The notes under the pieces are model-generated. The model was given only the letters and a program-made list of their open reading frames with translations, was not told where the DNA came from and did no database searches. From assembly GCA_034780895.1 (NCBI GenBank), contig JAUZTB010000107.1, positions 92,928,510-92,992,509 on the forward strand: 64,000 nt of DNA, written 5' to 3'. A program made the position numbers and the translations under genes. Positions 23,346 to 36,050 of the stretch are shown here, one piece after another; the stretch's first letter is position 1; every line of letters starts with the position of its first letter. The stretch is from Rhynchobatus australiae (taxonomy: Eukaryota).

Positions 23346-24894
23346 GCTCCAGGCCTGGAAGTATTCAGAAAGTTGTGTTGATTAGCTCCACTCCACCTAA
23401 TGTCTTAACTGAAGAAAGAGTTTCCACAGGAACAAATTAAAATAAATCATTCCATGGAAAAAATGATTTTTCAGGACTACCTGACAACTTAGTTGTTAAA
23501 AGGAAGGTCAACTTCAACCATGCAGTTCAGCCTAGTCCCAAGTTGCATCCAAGATTTGATGGGGAGTTAGTTGATCTCAGTTCTAATATACCTGGATGTG
23601 TTCCAATTGGTCTCAGAGCAAATTCATTAAGAGAGCTGGAGCAGGAGAAATGAGATTTTGTTCATAGTCCTGATTGTTATCCAGTGATTCCTGCTGAACG
23701 GTGCGCATTGAATGCTGGTTGAGAGAAAGATCAGATATGTCTACTATATCCTGTCCTGGTATGCATTAAGAACAATGACTTGAAGCTTTCTGTGAAATCA
23801 TTTNNNNNNNNNNNNNNNNNNNNNNNNNNNNNNNNNNNNNNNNNNNNNNNNNNNNNNNNNNNNNNNNNNNNNNNNNNNNNNNNNNNNNNNNNNNNNNNNN
23901 NNNNNNNNNNNNNNNNNNNNNNNNNNNNNNNNNNNNNNNNNGCTTCTGGCTCTAGAGAGTTGGACCCAATTGAGAAACCTAATAATTCACTTTTGGATTC
24001 AACTTTCGTAATGCCAGTACCACAACCAAAGCAGGAAAAACCTGAAATTCCAAAGGTGAGTTTAGGGCCAATACTGAAATCCAATATCATTTCAATGTAC
24101 TGACTTAAAGGGTGGAGGAAGCTGATTTAACTGTAACTTTCAAAGGGAATTGGATAATTTCTAGAGGGCAGACCAGGGGAGGTTGGGATTGGAACTAATT
24201 GGATAACTCTTTCAAAGAGCTTGCCACAAATATGATAGGTTGAATGGCCTCCTCTGCCATCTGTGGAGAAGGAATTTGTCTTTGGTATACATATATATAC
24301 CAAAGCTCCTATATATATAGGAGCTTTGTTTGGTGGTTATGCTATCAGGATTGTTGAGAGTTTTGGGGATCTGGGAAGGAGGACAAGGTTTGAGCAAACA
24401 CAACCAGTACCTAATGCTCCTTCAAGCATTTCACATGAGAAACCAGTGGTAAATTGTGATTCCAATTGCTACTTATGCATGCAGTGCTTCCTAGCATAAG
24501 AATCCAACACACAGCATCCCAAACCCAGTGACTGACTTGTCCATTTTGTAGATTTGGAATCTGCCAGCTACTGTGCATTCAGAAGAGCTCAGACATAGCA
24601 CCACAGATTATTGCATTAAGTTAAGCAGCAAACTTTAACAAGAAAAATACAGATGAAATAACAACATATAGAAATGATTTATTTTTACAGACTTCAGCAT
24701 AAACATGTGACGGATCAGTGAAGGAGATACTACAGTTAATGCAACTGGCAGCCAACCCACATTAAAAACAAATCTCAAGATGTACAACACTGTGCTAACA
24801 TGAAGCTGTAGGCAGGGCTTTTTACCCAGATCCCATTGAAAAGCATGTTTAAATAATTAAAGCTGCTTTTCAGTGGAATTAAACCATAATTACG

Positions 24895-26800
24895 AGCTGT
24901 TAAGTCGGAAGACGGCCAAATTTCCTTGGTCAGCACGTGCTTCACCAAAATGCAACAAACATCTCCATTATCCTACCATCACTGTGATCCCTGTGCCGTA
25001 AACAGGATTCAGAATGTTCCTGTTGTTTAAGCACTGGGCATCCACGAGGTGCTGTCGACCATCAGCAGCAGCAGAAATGTATTCCACCACAACCTATAGT
25101 TTCATGGCCTGACATATCCCTCACAGGAGCCAGGGGATCACTTCAATGAGGAGTGCAGAAACAGCAGCAGGCACATCGAAAAGTGAGGTGCCAACCTGGG
25201 AAAGCTGCGACAAAGGGCTATGTGTACGCTAAGCAAAAAACAGTATGCAATGGACAGAGCTAAGCAATTCCTCAATCAATAGACCAGATCAAAGTTCAGC
25301 AGCCTCTCTACATAGAGTTATACAGTATAGAAAGCAGGCCTTCAGCCCAACTCATCCATACTGCCCAAACTGCCTAACTGAGCTGGTCCCATTTGCCCAC
25401 ATTTGGCCCATATCCCTCTAAACCTTTCCTATCCATGTACCTGTCCAAATATCTTTTAAACATTATAATTTTACCCAACTCTACCATGTCCTCTGGCAGT
25501 TTGTTCCATACACCCACCATTTTCTGTGTGAGAAACTTGCCCCTCAGGTGCCTTTTAAATCTTACCCCTCTCACTTTAAGCCAATGCCCGCTAGCTTTGG
25601 ATGCTCCTGCCCTGGGAAAAAAACTGTGGCTTTTCAACTTATATATGCCCCTCATGATTTTGTAAACTTCTGTAAGGTGATCCCTTATTCATCTAGTTAT
25701 GAATAGTGATGGACAATTAAATGATAAACCAGGAACATTCCCATCTCCAGCGATGGAAAGCTAGGCATGTGAGTGCTAAAGACCTGTTCAACGGGAAATG
25801 GTAGATGGAGCTCCAGTAATTGCTGCAAGAATTCCTCAAAGCTGTTTCCTAGACACAATAATCTTCAAATTCTTCTTCAATGGTCTTCCTTCCATTATAA
25901 GATCAGTAGTGGTGATACTCTCTGATGATTGCACAAAGTTCAATTCCATTCGCAACTGCTCAGGAAATGAAGCAGTCTAAACCAGCATGCAGCAAAACCA
26001 AGGCAATGTGCAGGCATGGGCTGATAAGGGACAAGTAACGATTGCTCTACACAAAAGCCAGGCAAACACCATCACCGACAAGAGAGAGTCTAGAACTTAA
26101 GAACACAGAGATCTACCTTTGATATATTCAATGGCATTATCATTGCTGAGTCCTCTACCATAAATTTCAATGTTGTCACCATTGACCAGAATCTGAACTA
26201 ATCCAGACACATTAATGCTGCGGGTCCAAGAGCAGATTAAAAGTTAACTATCCTACATAGAGTGTTTCACCTCCTCATAGCCCTGAGCCATTCTATCAGG
26301 AATGTGATGGGAAACTTTCTACTTGTCTGAGTGGATGTAACTCCAACAACACTCAAGAAGCTCACCATATCTGGAACAAAACAGCTCACTTGATTGGCAA
26401 CCTATCCACCACCCTGAACTTCCAATTCTTCCATCACTGGGGCACTTTGGCTATGGTGGGTTTCATTTACAAAAATACATTGCAGTTATTCACTTAGACT
26501 ACCCCGACAGCACCTCCCTAATTTACAACCTCTACTTTCAAGAAGGACAACACAGCAAGTGGCTGGGAATCCCACCAAAAGCAGGTTCTTCTCCAAGTCA
26601 CAGAATAAGCTGACTTGGAAATATTGTGCCATTCCTTCAATATAACTGGGTCTAAGTCTTGGAACTCTCTATACAAAAGAACGAAAGGAGGAACTTTGGA
26701 TGTCAAGCAGGCAGTTCACTATCATCTTCTCAATGGAAACTAGGGATGGCCTATAAAAATGGGCCTTGCCACTGACACCAGCATCCTGGAAAATGAATAA
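24895..26800 (+). mobile_element. CR1/L2-superfamily LINE, degenerate and internally deleted
   Basis: ORF 25798..25980 IPQSCFLDTIIF..NGLPSIIRSVV..LSDDCT is a decayed GVPQGS…FADD RT motif; 3' tail at ~26740-26800. Confidence 0.75.
25311..25689 (-). mobile_element. Younger CR1/HER1-like LINE 3' end nested in the older LINE
   Basis: ORF 25374..25655 RGKFLTQKMVGVWNKLPE…FKRYLDRYMDRKGLEGYG is the CR1 ORF2 C-terminus. Confidence 0.88.
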
Positions 26801-29800
26801 ACAAAGCAGAAACCTTATGGGCAACTATTCACAGTTATTCTAAATATTAGAGATATTCATTATAGTTGTTCAAATGTCAATACGGAATAAAACATCTTTG
26901 GAGTGTAGAGTGCCTTCATAAACGTATAAGTTGGTTTCTATGTTTTCCAACATTACAAGAGTGATTGCACTTCAAAATACTTAATTTTCTGAACAGGATG
27001 AGGAAGGTGGTACATAAATGCAATTCTTTTTTATTATGCCCTCTTCATTTATTTTATATCCATAGCACAGAGAGCATTCTGGCCAAAGTCTCTAAAGAAA
27101 CTGAAACCTCACTGCACCATCCTTCCTCATTTTCCCTGAGCAATCCACAACTTTCAACATTGAAGAATCCGTCCATTCTCTTCCACCTGCCTTCTCACCT
27201 CTCTGGGTCTTTCACATGAATGCTCCAAGTACACAGACCACAGCAGTTCAAAGATGAGGCTCCCCAGCACCTTCCGGAGGACAATTAGTGAAGGGCAATA
27301 AATGCTGGCCTTGTCAATGAAAATGAATACACAAACTTGTTGTGCAAGGCATTGTATTTTAATAATTTGGAGCACACATACACAAATATAATGCATACAC
27401 GAACAAAGAGCATTATATGGATACCAGCTGTATGATACCATATTTCAAGTTCCTACCTCACTTATTTTATTAGCATTTCACCCAAGCGTACTCTACACTG
27501 CATCTGGCATGGTTAACACACCCACACATTACAATATAAAAATACCAAAACAAATTTTATTTTTTAAATAAATGTCAGACTATACGTAATAAAGAGCAGC
27601 AGATGCCTTTTGCTGGGTTTAAGACTGTACTATTTCAATCCCAGGGGTTCTGGTTGATGTCCATAAACCATTTAATGACATCATCAGAACTGTTCAATCA
27701 CAATTTATTCTCATTTTTAAGTTTATTTTCAGTTTACTTTTGCCTCTGTTCTGAGGGATTCTTGTCTCTCTTTTACCTATCATCTCCCCCTTACCACAAT
27801 ACATCACCTCACACCGTGATTCCATGGCCAAAAAGATGGCTAGGCAGCCTGTCTGCAAGCCTTTTCCAGTGCTGCTGTGAACTGGCTGGCTTTTGTGAAA
27901 TATATAATTTCCACAGAAAAAATCAGGGGCCTTTTCTAGTGGAGGAAACCTGGTTTTCATTAATAAATTGTTGCAAAACGCAACAGCAAACAGATAGACA
28001 TCCAGTGTCAGGCAGCACACTTGTATGAATTGCCCTGCTGTCTTTGACATGCTGTCAGATTAGACAGTGTTTCTTTTATATCATTGGAGTGTAGTATAAT
28101 AAATATCTTGTGAGGAAACAAAAACTAATACAGGTATAGGGTATACCCGTCTGNNNNNNNNNNACAAACATAAAATGTCTGCACATAGGCAGTTATTCAT
28201 GTGAAAGGCAAAATATGGTTAAAATTACAAGAATGACCAGGAAGTCAATCTTACTCCCCATTAAAAAAAGAGTAGAGGAGCCATTATATTTTTGTTTCAG
28301 GAAGAGAGGAACATCACCATTTCTTTTAAAGCCAGTTTCAAAGAGGGCATTAGTGAAGGTGTGGGAAGAGGTTCTTCAACCAATTTTACACTCAGTGAAT
28401 GGTGCCAGGCACTACATGGGTGGGAAGCCCTAGAGAGCAGGAGGAATAATGTAATGCAAGAGAAAATATTAAAATGAAATAAAATAAATCTGCATTGGTC
28501 CAGTTATCGATTGTCATGAAAGCTGCATTAAATACTCAAGTAGANNNNNNNNNNNNNNNNNNNNNNNNNNNNNNNNNNNNNNNNNNNNNNNNNNNNNNNN
28601 NNNNNNNNNNNNNNNNNNNNNNNNNNNNNNNNNNNNNNNNNNNNATACTCAAGTAGAATTATATTTAATAACACTGCAATTTATAAGCTGGAAATATTAA
28701 TGACTCTGTGCAGTTATGAAGAAAAAGGCTGACACAACAAAGTGATTTGTCCATTTGTAGGAGTAAATATTCACCTCCTTTAATATTAATGGATTTTTGC
28801 TTTGGTGCTATTCTCACAGTCAGTGCTTTCATTTTTTTTGCTGAGATGTGTACCCACTCTAATGTGCTTCCAGATTCAGATGACTCAATTTGCAAATCTG
28901 AGAGAATGCAGCAAGAAGGAGAGCAGAAAATAGAATTGACAGGCTTTAAAATACCTGTGCAGGACTGTGAGAGAGATTGGAGAATTTTGATTAAGTTAAC
29001 ATAGAAAAATAGCAAGAATGGGAATAAGAGAATGATCTTTGGTTCACCTTGAACCTAATTCTGACACAGTCATTTTACCTCACTGTCCTAGAAACTGTTG
29101 TGCCAAACTCTGTACTTCCCTGAACAAATAAATACTTGATTCCTTTCATTTCCCTTATACCTCCATCAATCTTTACCTTTCACTCTTTCCTAATTTCTCC
29201 ATCCATGTTTTCCCATTTTCGCTTTCCCTCCATCTCTCTTTCTCTTTTCGTCCCCTCTTATATGTCTGCGCCAGTCTGCAGAGACTGAACCATCAGCAGA
29301 TTCTGCTCCAGGCATGTTGGACAAGAATGTGTAAAAAAAAGTTAACTATTCCTAACAGATGCTTCAATAGTTATTAACAAGCTACATACACAGCTGCCAA
29401 TACTTAAAAATATTTTATGGGCAAATTTTTATTGTAAAAAGCGCCTGCTCTGTCTTGCAGGTAAGTAAATAAAATGTATTTATTGAATTATTTTGAAATC
29501 TCGACAGATCAAATTTTCTCTTTATCAATATTTAATGGCATGGCTGTTTTATAACATATTTAACCCCTGAAGTGCTGAGCCATTTCTAGCTTTTAAAATA
29601 CAGACACCACATGAATTTAATTTACTTCATTAAAATAGGACTATTAATTCTACCCAAATATCTTGACCCGTTGCCCCAAGAAATGCCAGAATTATGAAAG
29701 AAATTGCATAGGAGTGATGGTGGAGACTGGTGCAAGCAAGAGAGTAGGGTGCCTGAAAGTGTCTGGTTCTACAAGCTCCAATCACGCAGCCTATTCTCCT

Positions 29801-30704
29801 TCTGCCAGACCAGTGCACTAAAAGTCATGAAGACAAAAACACCAAGCCAATCTTTGCAAATTACATGGCTCAATTAATTCACTGTTAAGAATTATACCAA
29901 CTAGTTCCATGGAGGGACTTGATGACACGATGATTTAAAATACTGATCTTTCACCTTTGATACCTGCGTTTAAATCAAGTCCAGGTTAATGGGATGAAGG
30001 TCCCCTCTCTGACAGGAGGCTGTGTGGCACAATAATTTAGAAGATTTTTCTCTCACCTTTGGGATTGGAGTTCAATAAAAAGCCTCCTCTCTCTCACGGT
30101 GGAAATAGCGTTTCATAAAATGAATCTAGGTAGTCACAAAATATTTCCCAATAGGCAAGAGCATGAAACTGTGCACAGCAAAAATGCCAGAATTCTGCAC
30201 TCCATGCATAATCTTACTCAGAGAGGCAAAATGGAAATAGAAATGACCTGTTGTAATATGGAAAAACTTTGGGATTAATATACCACAGCATTCTAAGGAG
30301 GATGATTTAATACATCATCTTACTCGAACCGTGAGCATGATCAATATTGTCATCCAGCAAAAGTCGTTAAATATGTAATTTCACCAGTGCTGTGATTTGT
30401 AATCTCAAAGATCTATCAGAAAGGCTTATAGAGGACTAGCACACAGCAAACAATTCACAGATCTGCATGAAGTGGTTGGAGAGACAGCATTTAGTGCAAC
30501 ACCATTACAATGAAAGATTCCTTACAAGGTTTCTGAGTTCAGAGAAGTAAGATGATGAACTAAACTGTATGGAGAGGGAATGAGAGACAATGTTTGGTTA
30601 AATGAGTCAGACGAATCACTAAATATATCCCACAGGCAAAAGCATAAAATTGTCCACACCAAAAAAAATTCCTGAATTCTGAAATATTTGGATATCCCAC
30701 TCAA

Positions 30705-31460
30705 GGAAGCCTTTCCTTTATTAGCCGAGGCACAGAATATAAGAACTGGAAGACTGCCTACAACATTAATTGGAATACAGCTTGTGTACTGCACACAGCT
30801 CTGGTCACCATATTATGGGACAGATGTAATTTCACAGGAAAGAGCGAGGAAGGAATTTACGAGGATGTTGACAGGATTGGAAAACTACAGTCTGCCAAGG
30901 AAAGATAGGATAAATTTGGATTGAAAACCAAAAACACTGCAGACGTTGAAAAACTGAAATAAAAACGGCTCTGACGAAAGGCCTGGGACCTGAAATGTTA
31001 ACTGTTTCTCTTTGCACAGATGTTGCCTGACCTGTAGTGTGCTTACTGCATTTTCTGCTTTCGGATAAATTAGGGCTGTTTTCTTTGAAACAGAGGAAGC
31101 TGAGGGGAGATGTAACTGATGAGTCTAAAACAATAAGGGAGAAAGATAGAATAAATAAGAAGAGCCTAATTCCCTTAAATAGGTGGGGTCATAAACCAAG
31201 GAGCTAGGATTAGGATAATTGGTTAAAGGGGAAATAGCATTTGGTTTGTTCAGAGAGTGGTACGGGTCTGGAAATCAGTGCCTGAAAGAACGACAGGGTC
31301 AGAAGCCCTCACCACATGCGAGAAGTAATTAGATGTTTCTTTGAAGAACCACTGTCTGGGCCAAAGAACTGAATGCTGGTCGATGGGATCAGGCTGGTTT
31401 GCTCTTCTTTTCACTAGCACAAAAACATGGGCCAAATTCCTCCTCTTTTGATTTTATGAC
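30705..31460 (+). mobile_element. CR1-like LINE 3' fragment interrupted by a PLE insertion
   Basis: ORF 30688..30924 QLVYCTQLWSPYY…FTRMLTGLENYS. Confidence 0.8.
30924..31062. mobile_element. PLE-derived insertion with hammerhead motif (CTGACGA 30971-30977) and TSD
   Basis: ggataaatt at 30908-30916 and 31063-31071; ctgacgaaaggcctgggacctgaaatgttaact. Confidence 0.75.
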
Positions 31461-31499
31461 AAGGGCAGTTAAAGTGTTTTTGTCAGTGGTGCAATATTA

Positions 31500-31940
31500 A
31501 ACAACAAGTTGGAGGAATACAGAGTGTTCATGGGGACATAGGGCTGGAGGAGATGATGGAGGTGGTGTGGCATGACCTTGGAGGTATTCATTGGCGAGGA
31601 TCTTGGAATTAATTACTGTGGCATTGGAAGCCATCAGACCTTGGCAAGAACAGCGATGATGGGCTTGTGGGATTTCACGTAGGTGAGGATGTGGCCAGCA
31701 GGGTTTTTAAGTTAGTTGTGATCTGTGGACAAGGCTGCAGACAGGGTATCAGAGAAACCCAGGGTTGACACATTAAAACTGTGGATTAGGAAACTGGCAG
31801 CGGTGAGAAAGGAATTAGTTTCAAAAGTGAAAGAAAGCAGCCTTGGTAATGGAGTGGAGTTGGGAAGGAAATCATACTTGGGGTTGAGCTTGATGCCAAG
31901 GTTCTGCATGTCTGAACTCAGGCTGAAGTGGCAGCCAGGG
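31500..31940 (-). mobile_element. L2-clade LINE RT C-terminal fragment, old
   Basis: Reverse strand resembles a decayed QNSAARILT…ITPVLAxLHWLP motif. Confidence 0.5.
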
Positions 31941-32149
31941 AGTTTGGATTCAAGGCCAGAAGTACCTACGTACCAGCATTAAGATCTTAGTCTGAGTGTT
32001 TTAGTTTCCAGTAAGAGAATTACAACAAATGTAGGAGCTTTCTTCAGGGAACATTACACTGTAGAACGCAGGACATGAAAATTGAACCTCTTCCTCCCCC
32101 ACCCCTGCTCCCCTGTGTAAAGTGATGACATTTTAGTACCAAGAAAGAA

Positions 32150-32430
32150 ATACAAGGTTTCTTTATACCCCAAAGCACCTTCCAGCCAATGACATACTTT
32201 TGATGTCATTTAATGTAGGAAAGGCAATTAATTTGGACACAGCTAGGTCCCACAAAAATCGGTGTTACAATGATTTTATAGTCTGTTTCAGTGGGGTAAA
32301 TATTTCCCAGAGCACTAATGAGGATTCACCTGCTACTCAAATATTTTGTCTGGATCATTCACTCCCAATTTAGAAAGCATACGGGGCCCTGGTTTAATGT
32401 TTCAAATGAATGTCTGCTCCTCTGGCAATG
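32150..32430 (-). mobile_element. DeuSINE-like copy
   Basis: ccaaagcac…cagccaatgacatactttt…cacagctaggtcccacaaa…ggggccctggtttaatgt. Confidence 0.55.
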
Positions 32431-33824
32431 CATTTCCTCAAGATTAGAGTGTCTTTCTAAATATTCACTCAAATAAATGGAGAATGACTTGAAGAAAGGC
32501 AAGTGTGCTTATAGAGTTGACTCCTTGGTTAACCTGTCCATAAAAGCTCAGCCCATCTACTTCCCAATGTATGCAAACTCTTAAGGGCCAATATCTCAGA
32601 GAGTTAAGCTTTGGGACCAAGACCCATAATCTGCAGAGGCACAGCAATATTTTCCAAGTATTTATGGTGCCTTTTCCATAATGTCAACTTAAAATAGTTC
32701 TGCAGGTTCCCTGCATAGAAAGATGCCATGATCTTAGGCTGCTCTCTTAAACTGCAGTGACAAATAATGACAGGTAATTTCTAATGAGGCACATCTGTCA
32801 ATCTAGTGCTTTTTTAAAGGTTCTAGACATACACAATCACCCCACACTCTCTGCTCAGCTGAAATAAAGCAACAGTCTATTTACTCCTACAATATACGGT
32901 CATGCCATGCAAGCTTCTTTGAAACTTCTGTGCAATCCAGTACATTGAAGTGAGAGGTTAAGAAACGGATGGCAACGATTTGCACAAAATCTTTGAAAAT
33001 TGCACTAGTCAGTGCACAAGAATGTCAAAGCCCAGTGCCACTTGCAATCAATTCATGTCATAGAGGCCAACTGGAACTCTTGGATATTGTCAAGGAACTT
33101 TGAAACAACAGTCGAAAAGACATTTACTTTTGGCTGCCATGTCAGCACGCTTGTTAAGCCAGTGTAGAAGCAGACTCAATGAAGCATGCAAAGTAATGAA
33201 ATTTGTTCTTTTGACCTTGCTAGAACAACTGCTAGCAAACCTGGTACAGACTAGAGGATCCAAAAACTGGTATAGCATGTGATACCATTGTTAAATGTTT
33301 GTACTGTACATCATAATTCATAAACAACATAGTTAGAAGTGAATTACAAGGTCATAGGCACACTTTTAATAATGTGCTATCATACCCTGCACTGCACAAG
33401 AACCCGGCTTTATTTGAGAGTGAATAATATAATGGAATTTACTTGCAATCATTGGTGTTGGGTATCATTTAGTACCTTATCCAAATGTGATGCTCGATGT
33501 TGTAGACTTGATTACTACATCAATCAAAACCTGGGTTCAGTCACTGAGTTCCAACTAACAGTTTTGGGAGATGTCAGTGTGAGAGTTGTCATTTACAAAA
33601 TCACTCTTGGTACAGAGCTTTAAGCCCCAGGAGTATGTAGTAGGGTAAATGTGCCATAGTGAACTGAAGTTGTATTTCAACAGAACAGGTAGTCAGTTAT
33701 AAAAGCAGAACTGCACTGAACTGTAGTTACTATTTACCCTGTTGGTAAATGGTGCTGATGGAATTATAACAATTTTTACAGTGTCACAGTTAGTGAGCTT
33801 TGTCCAAAAATACAAAAGCAGCTA

Positions 33825-36050
33825 GAATCATAGAACAGTACAGAGAAGGCCATACATCCCACTGAGACCAGGTTGGCTTTCTGAAAGAGTGGCCTATTTA
33901 GTCTCATTCTTTCCCTGGAGTCTTGTGATTTTTTTTCTCCATCAACTACTTATCCAAGTCCTTTTTGAAAGCCATAATTGAATCAGCTTCCACTATCTTT
34001 TCAGGTAGTGAATTTTGGATCATAACCACTTGCCGCATGAAAATATTTTTCCCCATGTCACCTTTATTTCTTTTGTTAATTGCTTTAAATCTGGGTCTGG
34101 ACCCTTTAATATTGCAATAGTTTCTCCATTCACTTCACCATTTTGAACAATTCTATCAAATAACTTTTCAAATTTCTCTGCTCTGAGGAAAACAATGCAC
34201 GTCCTTCCTCGAATGTGCCCAGATTTAGACCCAGTACTACAGTTGTGGTCAAACCAACCTTTTATAGAGGTTCAGAATAACTTCATTGGTTTTATGGCTT
34301 ATAGCTCTACTTATGAAGCCCAGGATCCAAAATGCCTTTTAAAATCACATTCTCAACCACAGTCAGAATTTTGTCTGCATGTACCTCCCGCTCTCTCTCT
34401 TTCAGAACCCCACTTAGAACTGTGCTTATTTTTCTTCCTACTAAGACATATTATTAGATTTCCTTACATAAAATGTCATCAGCTGTGTCTCCCTATTCAT
34501 TAAGTCTCCAACCCTAGATCTTGGAACTCCCTACCCCAACAACACTGTGGGAGTACTTTTACCAGATGGACTGCCCCGACTTAACAAATATCCTCACTAA
34601 CACCCTCTCAAGGGTGATTACGGACAGACTTGTTAGTAATGCCTACATGAATGAATAAAAAATAATCTATCCTCACATTTTCATAGTTTACCACATTTCC
34701 ATGTTTTCACTCAACTGCAAACTTTGCAACTATGCTCTGTATACCAAATCCAAATCTAGATGTCTTTTAGCACCTTCCCTTGGTTCTTCCTACATTTAGC
34801 CTGTCTCTGTACTGTCCTCTCTCTTTTTCTGTTTAATCTTGCTGTCGATCTTTCATCATCCAAGGAGCTCTGGCTTTGGTCACCCTATCTTTCCCCCTTG
34901 TGGGAACATACCCAAACTACCCACACCAAGTCTTTTTCAAAGACTGTCCATTGTTTAGCCTGCCAATTTTTGATTCCAATTTACCTTGGCCAGATCCTTT
35001 CTCAGCCCACTGAAATTGGCCACTCTTCAATTAATATTTTACATAGCTAATCTAAACCTTATGATACAATGATTGCTGTTCTTAAATGTTCCCCCACTGA
35101 TATTTGATCCACTTGACTCACCTTTTTCCCCAGCATCAGAACCCACAATGCCTCTTTCCTCATTGGATGGGATATACCCTGCTCAATAAAGTTCTTCTGA
35201 GCACACTTCAGAAATTCATTGCATCTTTCTCCTTTATGCTATCACTACTCCAGTCTGTATTAGGATGATTCATGTCCCCAGTAATCATTAGTCTGTAGTG
35301 CTCGCACATTTCTGTGATTACACTGCAAATTGTCTCTGGTATATCCTTCTCATTAGTTGGTAGGATGTAAAACGGCACCTCTATTTTTAGTTAACTCTAA
35401 CCAGATAGATTTCTCTCCAGCACTGCAATATTCCTTTAATTTATCATATCACACGTTTTCATTTCTTATTTTGTTTCCACTGCCCAATTCTGTTATTTTT
35501 TCACCAAATCTCTATTATCACCGTGATATCTTAACCCCATGCTGGCATCTCTCCAATCTTACTTGCCAAGTGTTTACATACATGCACTGAACAGCTATTT
35601 GGAAACTTTTAGTACTTCACTGATGAACTATAGACCCACTTGCATCTTGCAGTCCATTGTGGATGTATTTTCTGCTTTACATTATTTCATCCTTATGGCC
35701 ATTTTCAAACTTTAAATCCTCTGTGACATTAGAAAAATTTCTACTCAACTTCTCTGTGGGACACTGGTTCCAGCTTTTTAAAGTACAACTTATCCGGCCT
35801 GAACAAGTCCCATTTCCCACAAATCTAGTTACAATGCCTCACATCAGCGGTAGGGAAATCATTGGAGAAGATTCTTAGGGATAGGATTTACACAGATCCG
35901 GAAAAACAGAGGCTTATTAGGGATAGTCAGCATGGCTTTGTGCAGAGAATGTCATGTCTTACAAACTGTTCAAAGGATGCAGCAGGATATAGATCAGTTG
36001 GAAATGTGGGTGGAGCAATAGCAGATGGAGTTTGCTCCAGACAAGTGTGA
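33825..36050. mobile_element. Cluster of CR1-like fragments (mostly minus; plus-strand RT piece 35860-36050) with an L2-type tail at ~34500-34660
   Basis: tagaatcatagaacagtac tail; ORF 35862..36050 EKILRDRIY..IRDSQHGFV..SCLTN is CR1 RT. Confidence 0.7.

Noticed and set aside
24263-24499. ORF containing KAPIYI, similar to MECOM exon 2 (PYKAPIYIPDD)
   Set aside because: Wrong strand, flanks unrelated, and the match comes from the TA-core palindrome.
28532-28657. atactcaagtaga repeated across a 100-N gap
   Set aside because: Same contig-overlap artefact.
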